DNA of 39,711 nt from Elusimicrobiota bacterium (GTDB taxonomy: Bacteria; Elusimicrobiota; Elusimicrobia; UBA1565; JACRDR01), in NCBI GenBank assembly GCA_041694815.1, contig JBGFSC010000041.1, positions 1 to 39,711 on the forward strand. Reading direction: 5' to 3'. A model generated the notes under the pieces. That model worked only from the letters and a program-made list of their open reading frames with translations, did no database searches and had not been told where the DNA came from. The position numbers and the translations under genes were made by a program. The first letter of the stretch is position 1. The number at the start of each line of letters is the position of its first letter. Shown here piece after piece: positions 1-8,686 of this stretch.

Positions 1-317
1 TTTAGCGCGAGGTGTCAAGCAAGAACGAGCGATTATCGAACGGCAGTTTTTACGCGCCTCGGGCGCGTGACTTGCCGCGCAAGCGCGGCAAGTGCGAGGT
101 TTAGCGCGAGGTGTCAAGCAAGAACGAGCGATTATCGAACGGCAGTTTTTACGCGCCTCGGGCGCGTGACTTGCCGCGCAAGCGCGGCAAGTGCGAGGTT
201 TAGCGCGAGGTGTCAAGCAAGAACGAGCGATTATTGAACGGCAGTTTTTACGCGCCTCGGGCGCGTGACTTGCCGCGCAAGCGCGGCAAGTGCGAGGTTT
301 AGCACGAGGTATCAAAC
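1..317. repeat. 99-bp tandem repeat, 3 full units (1-99, 100-198, 199-297) plus a degenerate partial fourth; each unit has two GC-rich hairpins
   Basis: Units identical except one C>T (ttatcgaac/ttattgaac) in unit 3. Hairpins ACGCGCC-tcg-GGCGCGT (52-68) and ACTTGCCGCGC-aa-GCGCGGCAAGT (70-93). Array may extend left of the window. Confidence 0.95.
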
Positions 318-341
318 GCACTCTCAATTAGGAGGAATGAA

Positions 342-776
342 ATGGGCAAATCACTGAAGGGCACGGCGACGGAGGCGAATCTCAAGGCGGCGTTCTCGGG
401 CGAATCCGGCGCCAACCGCCGCTACCTCTATTTCGCCAAGATCGCCGACGTCGAAGGCTATCCCGAGATCGCCGGCAATTTCCGCGATACGGCCGAGGGA
501 GAGACGGGCCACGCCCACGGGCATATGGACTGGCTCAAGAGCGCCGGTGACCCGGCGACCGGGCTTCCCTTCGGCGATACGCCCAAGAACCTCGCGGCCG
601 CCGTCAGCGGGGAGACCTACGAGTACACCGAGATGTACCCCGGCATGGCTAAGAAGGCGCGCGAGGAAGGTTTCCCCGAGATCGCCGAGTGGTTCGAGAC
701 GCTCGCCAGGGCCGAGAAGTCCCACGCGGGGCGATTCGCCAAGCTGCTCGAGGGGCTCAAGAAGAACGGCAATTAA
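342..776 (+). CDS. rbr: Rubrerythrin (short, ferritin-like domain only)
   Basis: [42 protein letters not shown] diiron motifs; AGGAGG RBS at 330-335. Confidence 0.93.
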   Translation: MGKSLKGTATEANLKAAFSGESGANRRYLYFAKIADVEGYPEIAGNFRDTAEGETGHAHGHMDWLKSAGDPATGLPFGDTPKNLAAAVSGETYEYTEMYPGMAKKAREEGFPEIAEWFETLARAEKSHAGRFAKLLEGLKKNGN

Positions 777-2204
777 GTGCTCCTCCATCCCAGCGACGCC
801 TCGTACTGGGATCCGAACCAACTCCACGGCGAACTCCAGCGCGTATTCGACATCTGCCATAGCTGCCGAAGATGCTGGAACCTTTGCCCATCCTTCGGCA
901 ATCTCTTTAAACGCCTCGACGCCATCGAAGACGAGGCGGCGGCGCCTTCCCAAGGAGAAAAAAAGGCCCCTCGAGGCGAGGGGCAGCGCGCCGAAGGCCA
1001 GCATGCCGCCGAAGCGGACCCATCCCTTCTAACCTCCATCAATCCCGTTGAACGTTTGAGCGACGCCGACGGCCGACGCGTCGTCGACGAGTGCTACCAA
1101 TGCAAGCTCTGCTTCAACCATTGCCCCTACCACCCCCCCCACCGCTTCCAGCTCGATTTTCCCCGTCTGATGCAGCGCGCCAAGGCCGTGCGCGCCCGGC
1201 GCGAGGGGATACGCTGGCCGGACCGGTTGTTCGCGCGGGTCGATTGGATCGGGCGCGTGGCGAGCTGGATCGCGCCGATCGTCAATTGGGCGAATCATTT
1301 CGAGCCGAACCGCCTCTTGATGGAGAAAGTCTTGGGCGTGGCCCGCGGACGGAACCTGCCTCGTTTCCACTCGACGACGTTCCGGAAATGGTGGGACTGG
1401 CGAGGGCCGAAACCGTCTCCGGATCGTCGCTCGACCAACGATCGCATCTCCCCCCTCCCTTTGGAACCGGGTCGCGACATGCGAGTCGTTCTGTTCTATA
1501 CGTGCAGCGTCAATTACAACGATCCCTCCACCGGAAAGGATGCCGTCGCGGTTCTCGAGCGCAACGGATTCGAGGTCCTCTGCCCGGCCGATCGCTGCTG
1601 CGGCATGCCTCACTTGGATTGCGGGGACATGCCCGCGGCCCTGAGTTCGGCGCGGCGCAACGTGGAGGCCTTGTATCCGTTCGCCCTGCAGGGGCTTGCT
1701 ATCTTGGCCCTGGGGCCTAGCTGCTCGCTCATGCTCAAGGAGGAATACCCGGCCCTGCTCCGCAGCCATGAGGCCTCCGTCGTGGCGAAAGCGAGCTTCG
1801 ACATTATGGAATTCCTAGCCAAGCTCAAGCGCGAGGGCCGGCTCGACACCCGCTTCGGCGAGGGCCCCGGCAAGATCGCCTACCACGTCCCCTGCCACCT
1901 CAAGGCCCAGAATATCGGGTATAAGTCCAAGGAATTGCTCGAGCTCCTGCCCGGAGCCTCGGTAACGCTGGTGGACCGCTGCTCGGCGCATGACGGCACC
2001 TGGGGGATGAAGAAGGAGTACTACGAGCTCTCGATGAAGACAGGCCGCAAGCTCTTCGACGAGATCGAGCAGGCAGGCGCCGACGCCGTCGCTACGGATT
2101 GCCCGCTCGCCGGGCTGCAGATCGCGCACGGCACGGGCAAGGCTCCCAGGCACCCGATCCATTGGGTCGCGCGGGCGTATGGAATCGAATCCGATCCGGC
2201 CTGA
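777..2204 (+). CDS. GlpC/HdrD-like Fe-S oxidoreductase (rubrerythrin-associated)
   Basis: [11 protein letters not shown] and [12 protein letters not shown] ferredoxin motifs, CCG domains (RCCGMP, YHVPCH, TDCPLA); sits between rbr and DUF3501. Confidence 0.88.
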   Translation: MLLHPSDASYWDPNQLHGELQRVFDICHSCRRCWNLCPSFGNLFKRLDAIEDEAAAPSQGEKKAPRGEGQRAEGQHAAEADPSLLTSINPVERLSDADGRRVVDECYQCKLCFNHCPYHPPHRFQLDFPRLMQRAKAVRARREGIRWPDRLFARVDWIGRVASWIAPIVNWANHFEPNRLLMEKVLGVARGRNLPRFHSTTFRKWWDWRGPKPSPDRRSTNDRISPLPLEPGRDMRVVLFYTCSVNYNDPSTGKDAVAVLERNGFEVLCPADRCCGMPHLDCGDMPAALSSARRNVEALYPFALQGLAILALGPSCSLMLKEEYPALLRSHEASVVAKASFDIMEFLAKLKREGRLDTRFGEGPGKIAYHVPCHLKAQNIGYKSKELLELLPGASVTLVDRCSAHDGTWGMKKEYYELSMKTGRKLFDEIEQAGADAVATDCPLAGLQIAHGTGKAPRHPIHWVARAYGIESDPA

Positions 2205-2778
2205 GGAGCTATTGCCGCTGGAGGAGTACGCCAGGCGGCGAGAGGGTATCCGCGCCGAAATCATCGCGCTCAAGACCCTGCGCCGCGTCGAGGTCGGGCC
2301 CTGGGTCTCGGTGGTCTTCGAGAATCGCGCGACGGTTCTGTTCCAGATCCAGGAGATGCTGCGCGTCGAGCATATCCGCGAGCCGGAGAAGATCCAGCAC
2401 GAGATCGACACCTTCGCCGAGCTGCTGCCGGGCGAAGGCGAGCTCTCCGGCACGCTATTTATCGAGATCCCCGACGACGAGCAGCGCCGCGAGGCCCTCA
2501 AGGCCTTGGGTGGCATTGAGGGCCATACGCGGCTTAAGATCGGCGACCGTGTCGTGCCCGCGCGGGACAAGCGCCCCATCGACCCTATCTTCGCGCGGCC
2601 GGGCCAGGCCACCTGCGTCTATTACCTCGCCTTTCCCTTTTCCAATGGGGCTAAAAAGATGCTCGTAGCCGGAATGGAGCCGGTTTGGCTCGAGATCGAT
2701 CATCCGCGGTATTCTCATGCCACGAAACTAGGGGCCCAACAACGCCGATCGCTGGCCGAGGATTTGGGCGGTTGTTAG
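2179..2778 (+). CDS. DUF3501 family protein
   Basis: RRVEVGP..VFEN..T..FQIQEMLRVE and ELSGTLFIEI motifs; known partner of short rubrerythrins. Confidence 0.85.
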   Translation: MESNPIRPEELLPLEEYARRREGIRAEIIALKTLRRVEVGPWVSVVFENRATVLFQIQEMLRVEHIREPEKIQHEIDTFAELLPGEGELSGTLFIEIPDDEQRREALKALGGIEGHTRLKIGDRVVPARDKRPIDPIFARPGQATCVYYLAFPFSNGAKKMLVAGMEPVWLEIDHPRYSHATKLGAQQRRSLAEDLGGC

Positions 2779-2790
2779 AGAATGTCTGCG

Positions 2791-3621
2791 TCAGGGCAAC
2801 GGCAAGATTAAATTCAAGTTCAGGCGGAAACGGTCCTCGGCCTTTTCCGTTCCACCCCCTTCGACAGCCTGGGCCCGGCGATTGAGCCGTTCGGAGAGCT
2901 CCTGGAGCTCACCGGCGTCGTAGGCGATTCTCCATATCCGAACTTGTCCGGTCGAGGTGCCGGCCGCCAGCAGTCGATTGTCGGGGCTCAGAGTCGCCCG
3001 AGTCAGGTGGCCGGATTCCTCATGCACCTTCTTGACCACATTCCTTGAGGAGACGTCCCAGACGATCGCCTCGCCGTATTGGCCTACGGTGACTACCATC
3101 GAATGGTCGTGCGAGAGTTGCGCGTCGTGGACGGAACCCGAATGTTCTCCATGGAGCAGGACATAGTCTTCCCTATCCAGATCCCAAACCCCGACGCCGT
3201 CGATATATTTCCGAAAATCCAGGGTGGCATTGGCTCGGGGCAGTTCCCCGAAGTAGGCGACGAGCGGATTGTCGAATTCGGCGGGATGGATCACCCCGCT
3301 TGGTAGATCTAGCAGTCCTTTGCCATGCGGGATCCGCACGGCGATCTTGGACGCGTCCGGCGTGAAGCGTGGATCCGACGCATGTTCTGCAAGGCTCAGG
3401 GTTCGCAGCGGAGCCCAGTTCGCGGTGTCCCACAACACTGCCGTCTGGGACTGGTCGTTTTCGGCGAACGCTAGCAGACGGGAGCCGTCGCCGCTGAAGA
3501 CGAGCGCCTTGACCCTTCCCGTACCGACGTTCAAGGTTTTCGGCTCCAGCTCCAACAACGGTTGCGCGAACGCGGGAACGGAAAGCTGAGGCAGGACCGT
3601 GATGATGAATAGGGCGATCAT
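2791..3621 (-). CDS. Secreted WD40-repeat protein with shared C-terminal tail
   Basis: Signal peptide ending AFA-Q; WD blades (FSGDGSRLL..LWD, EHSGSV..VWDV, LSPDNRLLAAG..IW); tail AEDRFRL. Confidence 0.75.
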   Translation of the reverse strand: MIALFIITVLPQLSVPAFAQPLLELEPKTLNVGTGRVKALVFSGDGSRLLAFAENDQSQTAVLWDTANWAPLRTLSLAEHASDPRFTPDASKIAVRIPHGKGLLDLPSGVIHPAEFDNPLVAYFGELPRANATLDFRKYIDGVGVWDLDREDYVLLHGEHSGSVHDAQLSHDHSMVVTVGQYGEAIVWDVSSRNVVKKVHEESGHLTRATLSPDNRLLAAGTSTGQVRIWRIAYDAGELQELSERLNRRAQAVEGGGTEKAEDRFRLNLNLILPLP

Positions 3622-4589
3622 TCCGGAGTCCTATCCCAGTCCAGGCGGAAGCGTTCCTCGGCCGTCGCTATGGCCCGATCGATCGCTTCCGGCATGGCGG
3701 CGCGATGCGATAGGACGCTTTGGAGCTCCTTTGCTCGGGCCCGACGCGTCGCTTGATTGCGCTCCCGAACCAAGCGGAACCCCACGTAGCGTTCATCCCC
3801 GTACGGGTTGGCCCCGTTTCGCGCCGCGGAGCGCAGCTCCCTGTCGCTGTGCCGCCATGAGCCGCCGCGTACGACCCGATGGGATCCGGATGAAGCCCCG
3901 GTCGGATCGATGACGGCTCCTTTGGGATAATCGCCGAAAATGTCTTGGGTCCACTCCATCACGTTGCCATGCATGTCGTAGAGGCCCCAGGGGTTGGGCT
4001 GCTTGGTGGCCACGGGACGCGTCGTGGGCATTAATCCTCGCGACCAGGTCGGCGGCATATACCAGGCCGTGCTCGCCGGATCTCCGGAATAAGGAGAGGT
4101 GGTTCCGGCGCGGGCGGCATACTCCCACTCGGCCTCCGTGGGCAGGCGGTAGACATATTCGTTTTGGAGCTCGTTTAAGCGCGCGATGAATGCCTGAGCC
4201 TGGTGCCAATTTACCTTCTCCACCGGGTTATTGGGGCAAAGTCCCCGCCCGGATACCAGGCGGTAATCCCGGCAATGGTATTGCTCCTGGAAAAACGATG
4301 GGTTATTTCCCATCACCAGAAGATACTGCAACTGGGTCACCTCGGTCGCCTGGATCTCGAAGCCGCGGGTCAGGGTCACCGGGTGTTGATCCTCGCCCTT
4401 GAAACGCCCAGGCTCGTTCTTGGGACTGCCCATCAGAAAATTTCCGGGCTCGATGGGAACGAACTTCGCGGCCACTCCGATGGTGGCGGCGTCCAATACG
4501 CTCGGAGCGCCGGGCTGGCTCAATACGCCGGCGGCGTTCATCGCGCCGACAGCGGACTGCGCTATGGTCAGCAACGCCAAGAGATTCAT
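3618..4589 (-). CDS. Secreted FGE-sulfatase (SUMF1/C-type-lectin-fold) domain protein with shared C-terminal tail
   Basis: FLMGS, TEVTQ, PVEKVNW, RLPTEAEWEYAARAG, PNPWGLYDMHGNVMEW, RVVRGGSW, GFRLVR; tail AEERFRLDWD. Confidence 0.9.
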   Translation of the reverse strand: MNLLALLTIAQSAVGAMNAAGVLSQPGAPSVLDAATIGVAAKFVPIEPGNFLMGSPKNEPGRFKGEDQHPVTLTRGFEIQATEVTQLQYLLVMGNNPSFFQEQYHCRDYRLVSGRGLCPNNPVEKVNWHQAQAFIARLNELQNEYVYRLPTEAEWEYAARAGTTSPYSGDPASTAWYMPPTWSRGLMPTTRPVATKQPNPWGLYDMHGNVMEWTQDIFGDYPKGAVIDPTGASSGSHRVVRGGSWRHSDRELRSAARNGANPYGDERYVGFRLVRERNQATRRARAKELQSVLSHRAAMPEAIDRAIATAEERFRLDWDRTPE

Positions 4590-4626
4590 CTCTAGGTAAG
4601 GATAACGGGATCGAAGCCGGTTACGA

Positions 4627-4664
4627 GGGTCCTACGACCTAACGCAAGATGGGACTTTAGGGAA
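4627..4664. promoter_or_regulatory. Tandem 14-bp operator boxes upstream of the FGE-sulfatase gene
   Basis: GGGTCCTACGACCT (4627-4640) and GGGACTTTAGGGAA (4651-4664); same 24-bp spacing at 6342, 20038, 37087. Confidence 0.6.
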
Positions 4665-4734
4665 GGAAAGGCTAGTGGTAGAGCGGATACAAAGTCAGGC
4701 TTTATGATCGTTTGGCTACAGCGGGATATGCCGC

Positions 4735-5523
4735 TTAACGGATTAACCTATCCCAACCAAGCCTAAAGCGTTTCTCGGCGCTTTCCGCCGAGCGGCTCGT
4801 TACTTCCTGCGCCTTCGATCGGAGGCGCTGATGGAGATCGTTCTGGGCGGCAGGATGCCAAAGATGGACCGTGCCGTCGAGCCCGTCCCCAAGCAGCACG
4901 AGGCCTGTCGGCGTGATATCGATCGATTCGATCGGGCGCCCGTGGCTTAACGTGGCGAGGCGTTCGCCGTTTAACTTCCAGAGGATCGCGTTTTGGGTGC
5001 TGACCGTCAGGACATGACCGCCGTCCGGAGTAAACGCCGCCATGAGCGGACGTCCCTCGTCTTCGAACATCGTTAAGACTTCGCTAGTCTCGTCCCCCTC
5101 GCCCAGATACATCCTAAATGGATGCTCACGGGACGAGAATAGCCGTTTCCCGTGCCGGTGATGGGGTTTCCAGTAAAGCTGGAAGTCTTCAATGATATGC
5201 CCGTCCGCATGGAGGCGCCGAGGTCGCTTAAGTCGAGAAGACGGTTCTTCGTCGTTCCGATAATCACGCCTGCCTTCCGTCCGATTGGAGACGGTGGTCC
5301 GGCGAAGGGCGGTCAGGGTCAGCGAATCCCAAACAACCGCCTCGCAGTCGAGTGAAGAGTCGCTACAGCGGATGGTCAAAAAGCGCGATGCATCGTCGCC
5401 GACCGAGACGTAAACCGGGCCGCGATCATGCGCCTGCAAGACGCGGTAGTATGGCTCCGAGTGAGCGGCACGGGCCCAGGCGCCGAAAACGGCCGTAAGC
5501 GCCAATAGTCGAGAGGCTACCAT
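4735..5523 (-). CDS. Secreted degenerate WD40-like protein with shared C-terminal tail
   Basis: Signal peptide; AFTPDGGHVLT, GLDGTVHLW; tail AEKRFRLGWD. Confidence 0.7.
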   Translation of the reverse strand: MVASRLLALTAVFGAWARAAHSEPYYRVLQAHDRGPVYVSVGDDASRFLTIRCSDSSLDCEAVVWDSLTLTALRRTTVSNRTEGRRDYRNDEEPSSRLKRPRRLHADGHIIEDFQLYWKPHHRHGKRLFSSREHPFRMYLGEGDETSEVLTMFEDEGRPLMAAFTPDGGHVLTVSTQNAILWKLNGERLATLSHGRPIESIDITPTGLVLLGDGLDGTVHLWHPAAQNDLHQRLRSKAQEVTSRSAESAEKRFRLGWDRLIR

Positions 5524-6284
5524 GCTGCCGATTCGAATCGAAATAAGTCCCAGCGGAGTTTAAAACGCTGATCCGCCGTCTCGTCGGTTCCCCCCTGAAG
5601 CGTAGAGGCTCTTAGAGTTAGGGATCGCCGTAATGCTTCAAGGTCCTCCGCCGTATAACCCATCTTCCAAAGGTGTATTGTCCCGTCGATGCAGCCCGTA
5701 ATCACGCGCGTTCCATCCGGGCTGAAGGCCGCAGAAGTGACAAAAGTCTCGTGACGTAAGACTTTTGAGGGAAGGCGGCTATTCACATCCCAGATAACCG
5801 CGGTATAATCCTGATTCGTGGTAATCGCTTGGCTGCCGTCGAGATTAAAGGCGATTCTGTCCGAGCCCGCATGCCCCTCAAAGACTAGCTCCGTAATAAT
5901 CCCATTTGGGTCCTTTAGCTTGTACCGGCTCCATCGTTCCGCTGAATTGCTTACGATTCCCGTGAGCTGCTTTGAGCCAACTTTTTGGGATTTCTTCCGA
6001 GCCGTTTCCAGCAATCTATATCCCTCGCCCCAAATCCCTTCTAAAACTTTTATTTTCCGTAGGCTCGCGGCGTCCCATATAACGACCTCGTCACTTCTCT
6101 TGTCTGTTTCCTTCTTACCATAAGTAACTATTTGCGATCCGTCTTCGAGATAGTACGCAGCGTATACCTCGGAATGGGCCTTCACGCTTCGAGGCCTGTC
6201 TTTCAGCAAGGCGTCGGTATCCGAGGCAGAAACCTGCGCGCACAAGGCCAATGCGGCCAAAGTCACCACAAATAGACTCTGCAT
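5517..6284 (-). CDS. Secreted WD40-repeat protein with shared C-terminal tail
   Basis: Start at M17 of the ORF (MQSLFVVTLAALALCAQVSA signal peptide); FEGHAG..FNLDGSQAIT..IWD, AFSPDGTRVITGCIDGTIHLW; tail ADQRFKLRWD. Confidence 0.78.
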   Translation of the reverse strand: MQSLFVVTLAALALCAQVSASDTDALLKDRPRSVKAHSEVYAAYYLEDGSQIVTYGKKETDKRSDEVVIWDAASLRKIKVLEGIWGEGYRLLETARKKSQKVGSKQLTGIVSNSAERWSRYKLKDPNGIITELVFEGHAGSDRIAFNLDGSQAITTNQDYTAVIWDVNSRLPSKVLRHETFVTSAAFSPDGTRVITGCIDGTIHLWKMGYTAEDLEALRRSLTLRASTLQGGTDETADQRFKLRWDLFRFESAAW

Positions 6285-6341
6285 GACGTCTGAATCGTTT
6301 GTTGCTTGCTTAAGAATGGGTTCGGTTCCCATTATTGGCGA

Positions 6342-6379
6342 GGGCCGTTTGGTCCTTCTCTAGATGGGCCTTATGGGAA
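6342..6379. promoter_or_regulatory. Tandem 14-bp operator boxes upstream of the WD40 pair
   Basis: GGGCCGTTTGGTCC (6342-6355) and GGGCCTTATGGGAA (6366-6379). Confidence 0.55.
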
Positions 6380-6387
6380 CCGCCGGG

Positions 6388-7986
6388 TTACAGCGGGATA
6401 TTGCCGCGGTTGACGTGCTGGGAGGGGTCGCGCTTGTCGCGCAGAAAGCGCAAGGCGCGCACGACGCGCAGGCGCAACTGGCTGGGGTCGATCACCTCGT
6501 CCACCGAGCCGGTCGCGGCGGTCTGATAGGGAGAGGCGAACTTGTCGGCGTACTCCTTGCAGAGCTTCTCGCGCAGGGCGTCGCGCTGCTCCGGCGGCGC
6601 GGCCGCCAATTCGCGCGAATAAAGGATTTCCACGGCGCCCTTGGGGCCCATCACCGCGATCTCGGCCGAGGGGAAGGCGAAGTTGAAGTCGCCGCGAAGA
6701 TACTTCGAGCTCATGGCGATGTAGGCGCCGCCGTAGGCCTTGCGCAGCACCACCGTCACCTTGGGCACCGTCGCCTCGCTGTAGGCGTAGAGGAGCTTCG
6801 CTCCGTGGCGGATGATGCCGCCGTGCTCCTGCTGCACGCCGGGCCAGTAGCCCGGCACGTCGACCAAGGTCAGGATGGGGATATTGAAGGCGTTCAAGAA
6901 CCGGATAAAGCGCGCCGCCTTGTCGGAGGCGTCGATATCGAGGGCGCCGGCCATATGCGCCGGGTTGTTGGCCACCACGCCGACCACGTCTCCCCCCAGC
7001 CTCGAGAAGCCGATGATGATGTTCTTGGCGTAGTGGTCATGCACCTCGAAGAACTTGTGCTCGTCGGCGATCTGCCAGATCACGTGGTGCACGCGGTAGG
7101 GCTTTCTCGGGTCGATCTCGCAGAACTTCTCGAGCAGCGGGGTGCTGCGCCGCACGGGGTCGGGGCTGGCCACGCGAGGGGCCTTCTCTCCCGCGTGCTG
7201 CGGCAGGTACTGCAGCAGCTCGCGGACCTGGCGGAAGCAGTCCGGCTCGCTCTTGGCCACGAAATGGCAGACGCCGGATTTCGTCGCGTGCAGGTACGGC
7301 CCTCCCAAGAGATCGAAGGTGACGTCCTCCCCCGTGGCGGCCTTGACCACGTCGGGACCGGTCACGAACATGTGGCTGATGCCCTCGACCATGAAGACGA
7401 AGTCGGTCAAGGCCGGGGAATAGACGGCGCCCCCAGCGCAGGGGCCGAGCACGACGGAGATCTGCGGGATGACCCCCGAGCATCGCACGTTGCGCCAGAA
7501 TATCTCGGCGTAGCCGTCGAGGGAATCGACTCCCTCCTGGATGCGCGCGCCGCCGGAGTCGAGCAGGCCGATTACGGGGACCCGGTTCTCGTAGGCCAGG
7601 TCCATGATCTTGCATATCTTATGGGCGTGCGCCAGGCCGAGGGACCCTCCCAGCACCGTGAAATCCTGGGCGAAGATGCAGACGGGGCGCCCGGCGATCG
7701 TCCCGAAGCCGGTGATGACGCCGTCTCCGGGGACCTGTTTTTCCTTAAGGCCGAACTCCTCGCAGCGCGTGGTGACGAGCAGATCGGTCTCCTGGAAGCT
7801 GCCCTCGTCGAGCAGGTAATGGACTCGCTCGCGGGCGGTGAGCTTGCCCTTGTTCTTCTGCGCCTGGACGCGCTCCGGCCCGCCGCCGTCCATCGCGCGG
7901 CTCAATTGCTCCTCGAGCCGGCGCATGGAGGCCGAGTCCTCGCGCTTCTTGGCGGTGGAGGGTTCAGTAGGCTGTTTGGTTTCCAT
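6388..7986 (-). CDS. Acyl-CoA carboxylase carboxyltransferase (PccB/MmdA-like beta subunit)
   Basis: KGKLTARER, QDFTVLGGSLG, DSGGARIQEG, GPCAGGAVYSPALTD, GIIRHGAKLLYA, RKAYGGAYIAM, GNIPL C-terminus. Confidence 0.93.
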   Translation of the reverse strand: METKQPTEPSTAKKREDSASMRRLEEQLSRAMDGGGPERVQAQKNKGKLTARERVHYLLDEGSFQETDLLVTTRCEEFGLKEKQVPGDGVITGFGTIAGRPVCIFAQDFTVLGGSLGLAHAHKICKIMDLAYENRVPVIGLLDSGGARIQEGVDSLDGYAEIFWRNVRCSGVIPQISVVLGPCAGGAVYSPALTDFVFMVEGISHMFVTGPDVVKAATGEDVTFDLLGGPYLHATKSGVCHFVAKSEPDCFRQVRELLQYLPQHAGEKAPRVASPDPVRRSTPLLEKFCEIDPRKPYRVHHVIWQIADEHKFFEVHDHYAKNIIIGFSRLGGDVVGVVANNPAHMAGALDIDASDKAARFIRFLNAFNIPILTLVDVPGYWPGVQQEHGGIIRHGAKLLYAYSEATVPKVTVVLRKAYGGAYIAMSSKYLRGDFNFAFPSAEIAVMGPKGAVEILYSRELAAAPPEQRDALREKLCKEYADKFASPYQTAATGSVDEVIDPSQLRLRVVRALRFLRDKRDPSQHVNRGNIPL

Positions 7987-8686
7987 GGTTTCTGGCGGTG
8001 GCGACGGTCGAGCAGTACTCGTCGAAAAAGGAGGTCTTGTAGGAGACTCGCGGGCTTAAGAGCTCCTGCCAGCGCCGCAGGGCGGCTCCGCGCAGCTCAA
8101 GGCGGCCGCCCTCGACGCGGAGATCGCGTAGGTCCACGGAGAGGCCCAGCCCAAGCGCCTTGAGCACGGCCTCCTTGATCGTCCAGAGCGCGGTCAGCCG
8201 CGCGGGGCTCGCGAGCAGTGAGTCGTCGAGCTCGGAGGGGTCCGCCATTACCCAGGGCCAGGAGGGATCGCGCGGCTCGATCCTCTCGATGTCTAGGCCG
8301 ACGGCGCCTTCGCTCAGGACCGCGCAGCCGGCGTAATCGCGCGCATGGGATATAGAGAGCGCCGGCGCGCGCGTATTCCAAGACGAAGGGAAAGCCGCGT
8401 AGGGCCGCCGCTCGGGAGAATTACGGATCTCCATGTCGCCCGGGGAGGCCGCGATACCGCGTTCGGATAAATATTGGATCAGGGCCCGCTTGGCGGCCAG
8501 CCTTCCCGCCAGCCATTCCCGGCGGCGCTTGGGCGTGGCGAGCCGCCCGAGGGTCGAGGCCTCCAATCCGCTCAAATACTCGCGCAGGCTCGGCGGGTCG
8601 CCGAGCAGCGTCTCGGCTTCGGAGATGGGGCAATATTCTATTAGCGGCGACAGGAGCCGGACCGTCGTGAAATCCAGCGTGTTCAT
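7964..8686 (-). CDS. 4'-phosphopantetheinyl transferase (Sfp-like)
   Basis: RRREWLAGR.AAK, LSISH, VGLDIE, WTIKEAVLKALGLGL; ATG overlaps the PKS stop (ATGA). Confidence 0.9.
   Translation of the reverse strand: MNTLDFTTVRLLSPLIEYCPISEAETLLGDPPSLREYLSGLEASTLGRLATPKRRREWLAGRLAAKRALIQYLSERGIAASPGDMEIRNSPERRPYAAFPSSWNTRAPALSISHARDYAGCAVLSEGAVGLDIERIEPRDPSWPWVMADPSELDDSLLASPARLTALWTIKEAVLKALGLGLSVDLRDLRVEGGRLELRGAALRRWQELLSPRVSYKTSFFDEYCSTVATARNHGNQTAY

Noticed and set aside
1..317. CRISPR array
   Set aside because: Units are identical end to end with no unique spacers, and there are no cas genes in the window.
966..984. 8-bp hairpin GCCCCTCG-agg-CGAGGGGC in a low-complexity segment of the Fe-S oxidoreductase
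   Set aside because: Short GC stem that may be chance; does not match the other repeat families; insertion status needs an alignment.
3618..4589. Diversity-generating retroelement target (FGE-sulfatase fold)
   Set aside because: No reverse transcriptase and no adenine-variant template repeat seen in the window.
6315..6333. AATGGG..CCCATT hairpin as terminator of the PKS operon
   Set aside because: Only a 6-bp stem with no convincing U-tract; it overlaps the putative promoter.
6364..8163. Long 599-aa plus-strand ORF and similar shadow ORFs (e.g. 11992-13236, 14483-15517, 20799-21845, 25500-26489)
   Set aside because: Antisense to well-supported genes; expected from high-GC codon bias; no recognisable motifs.
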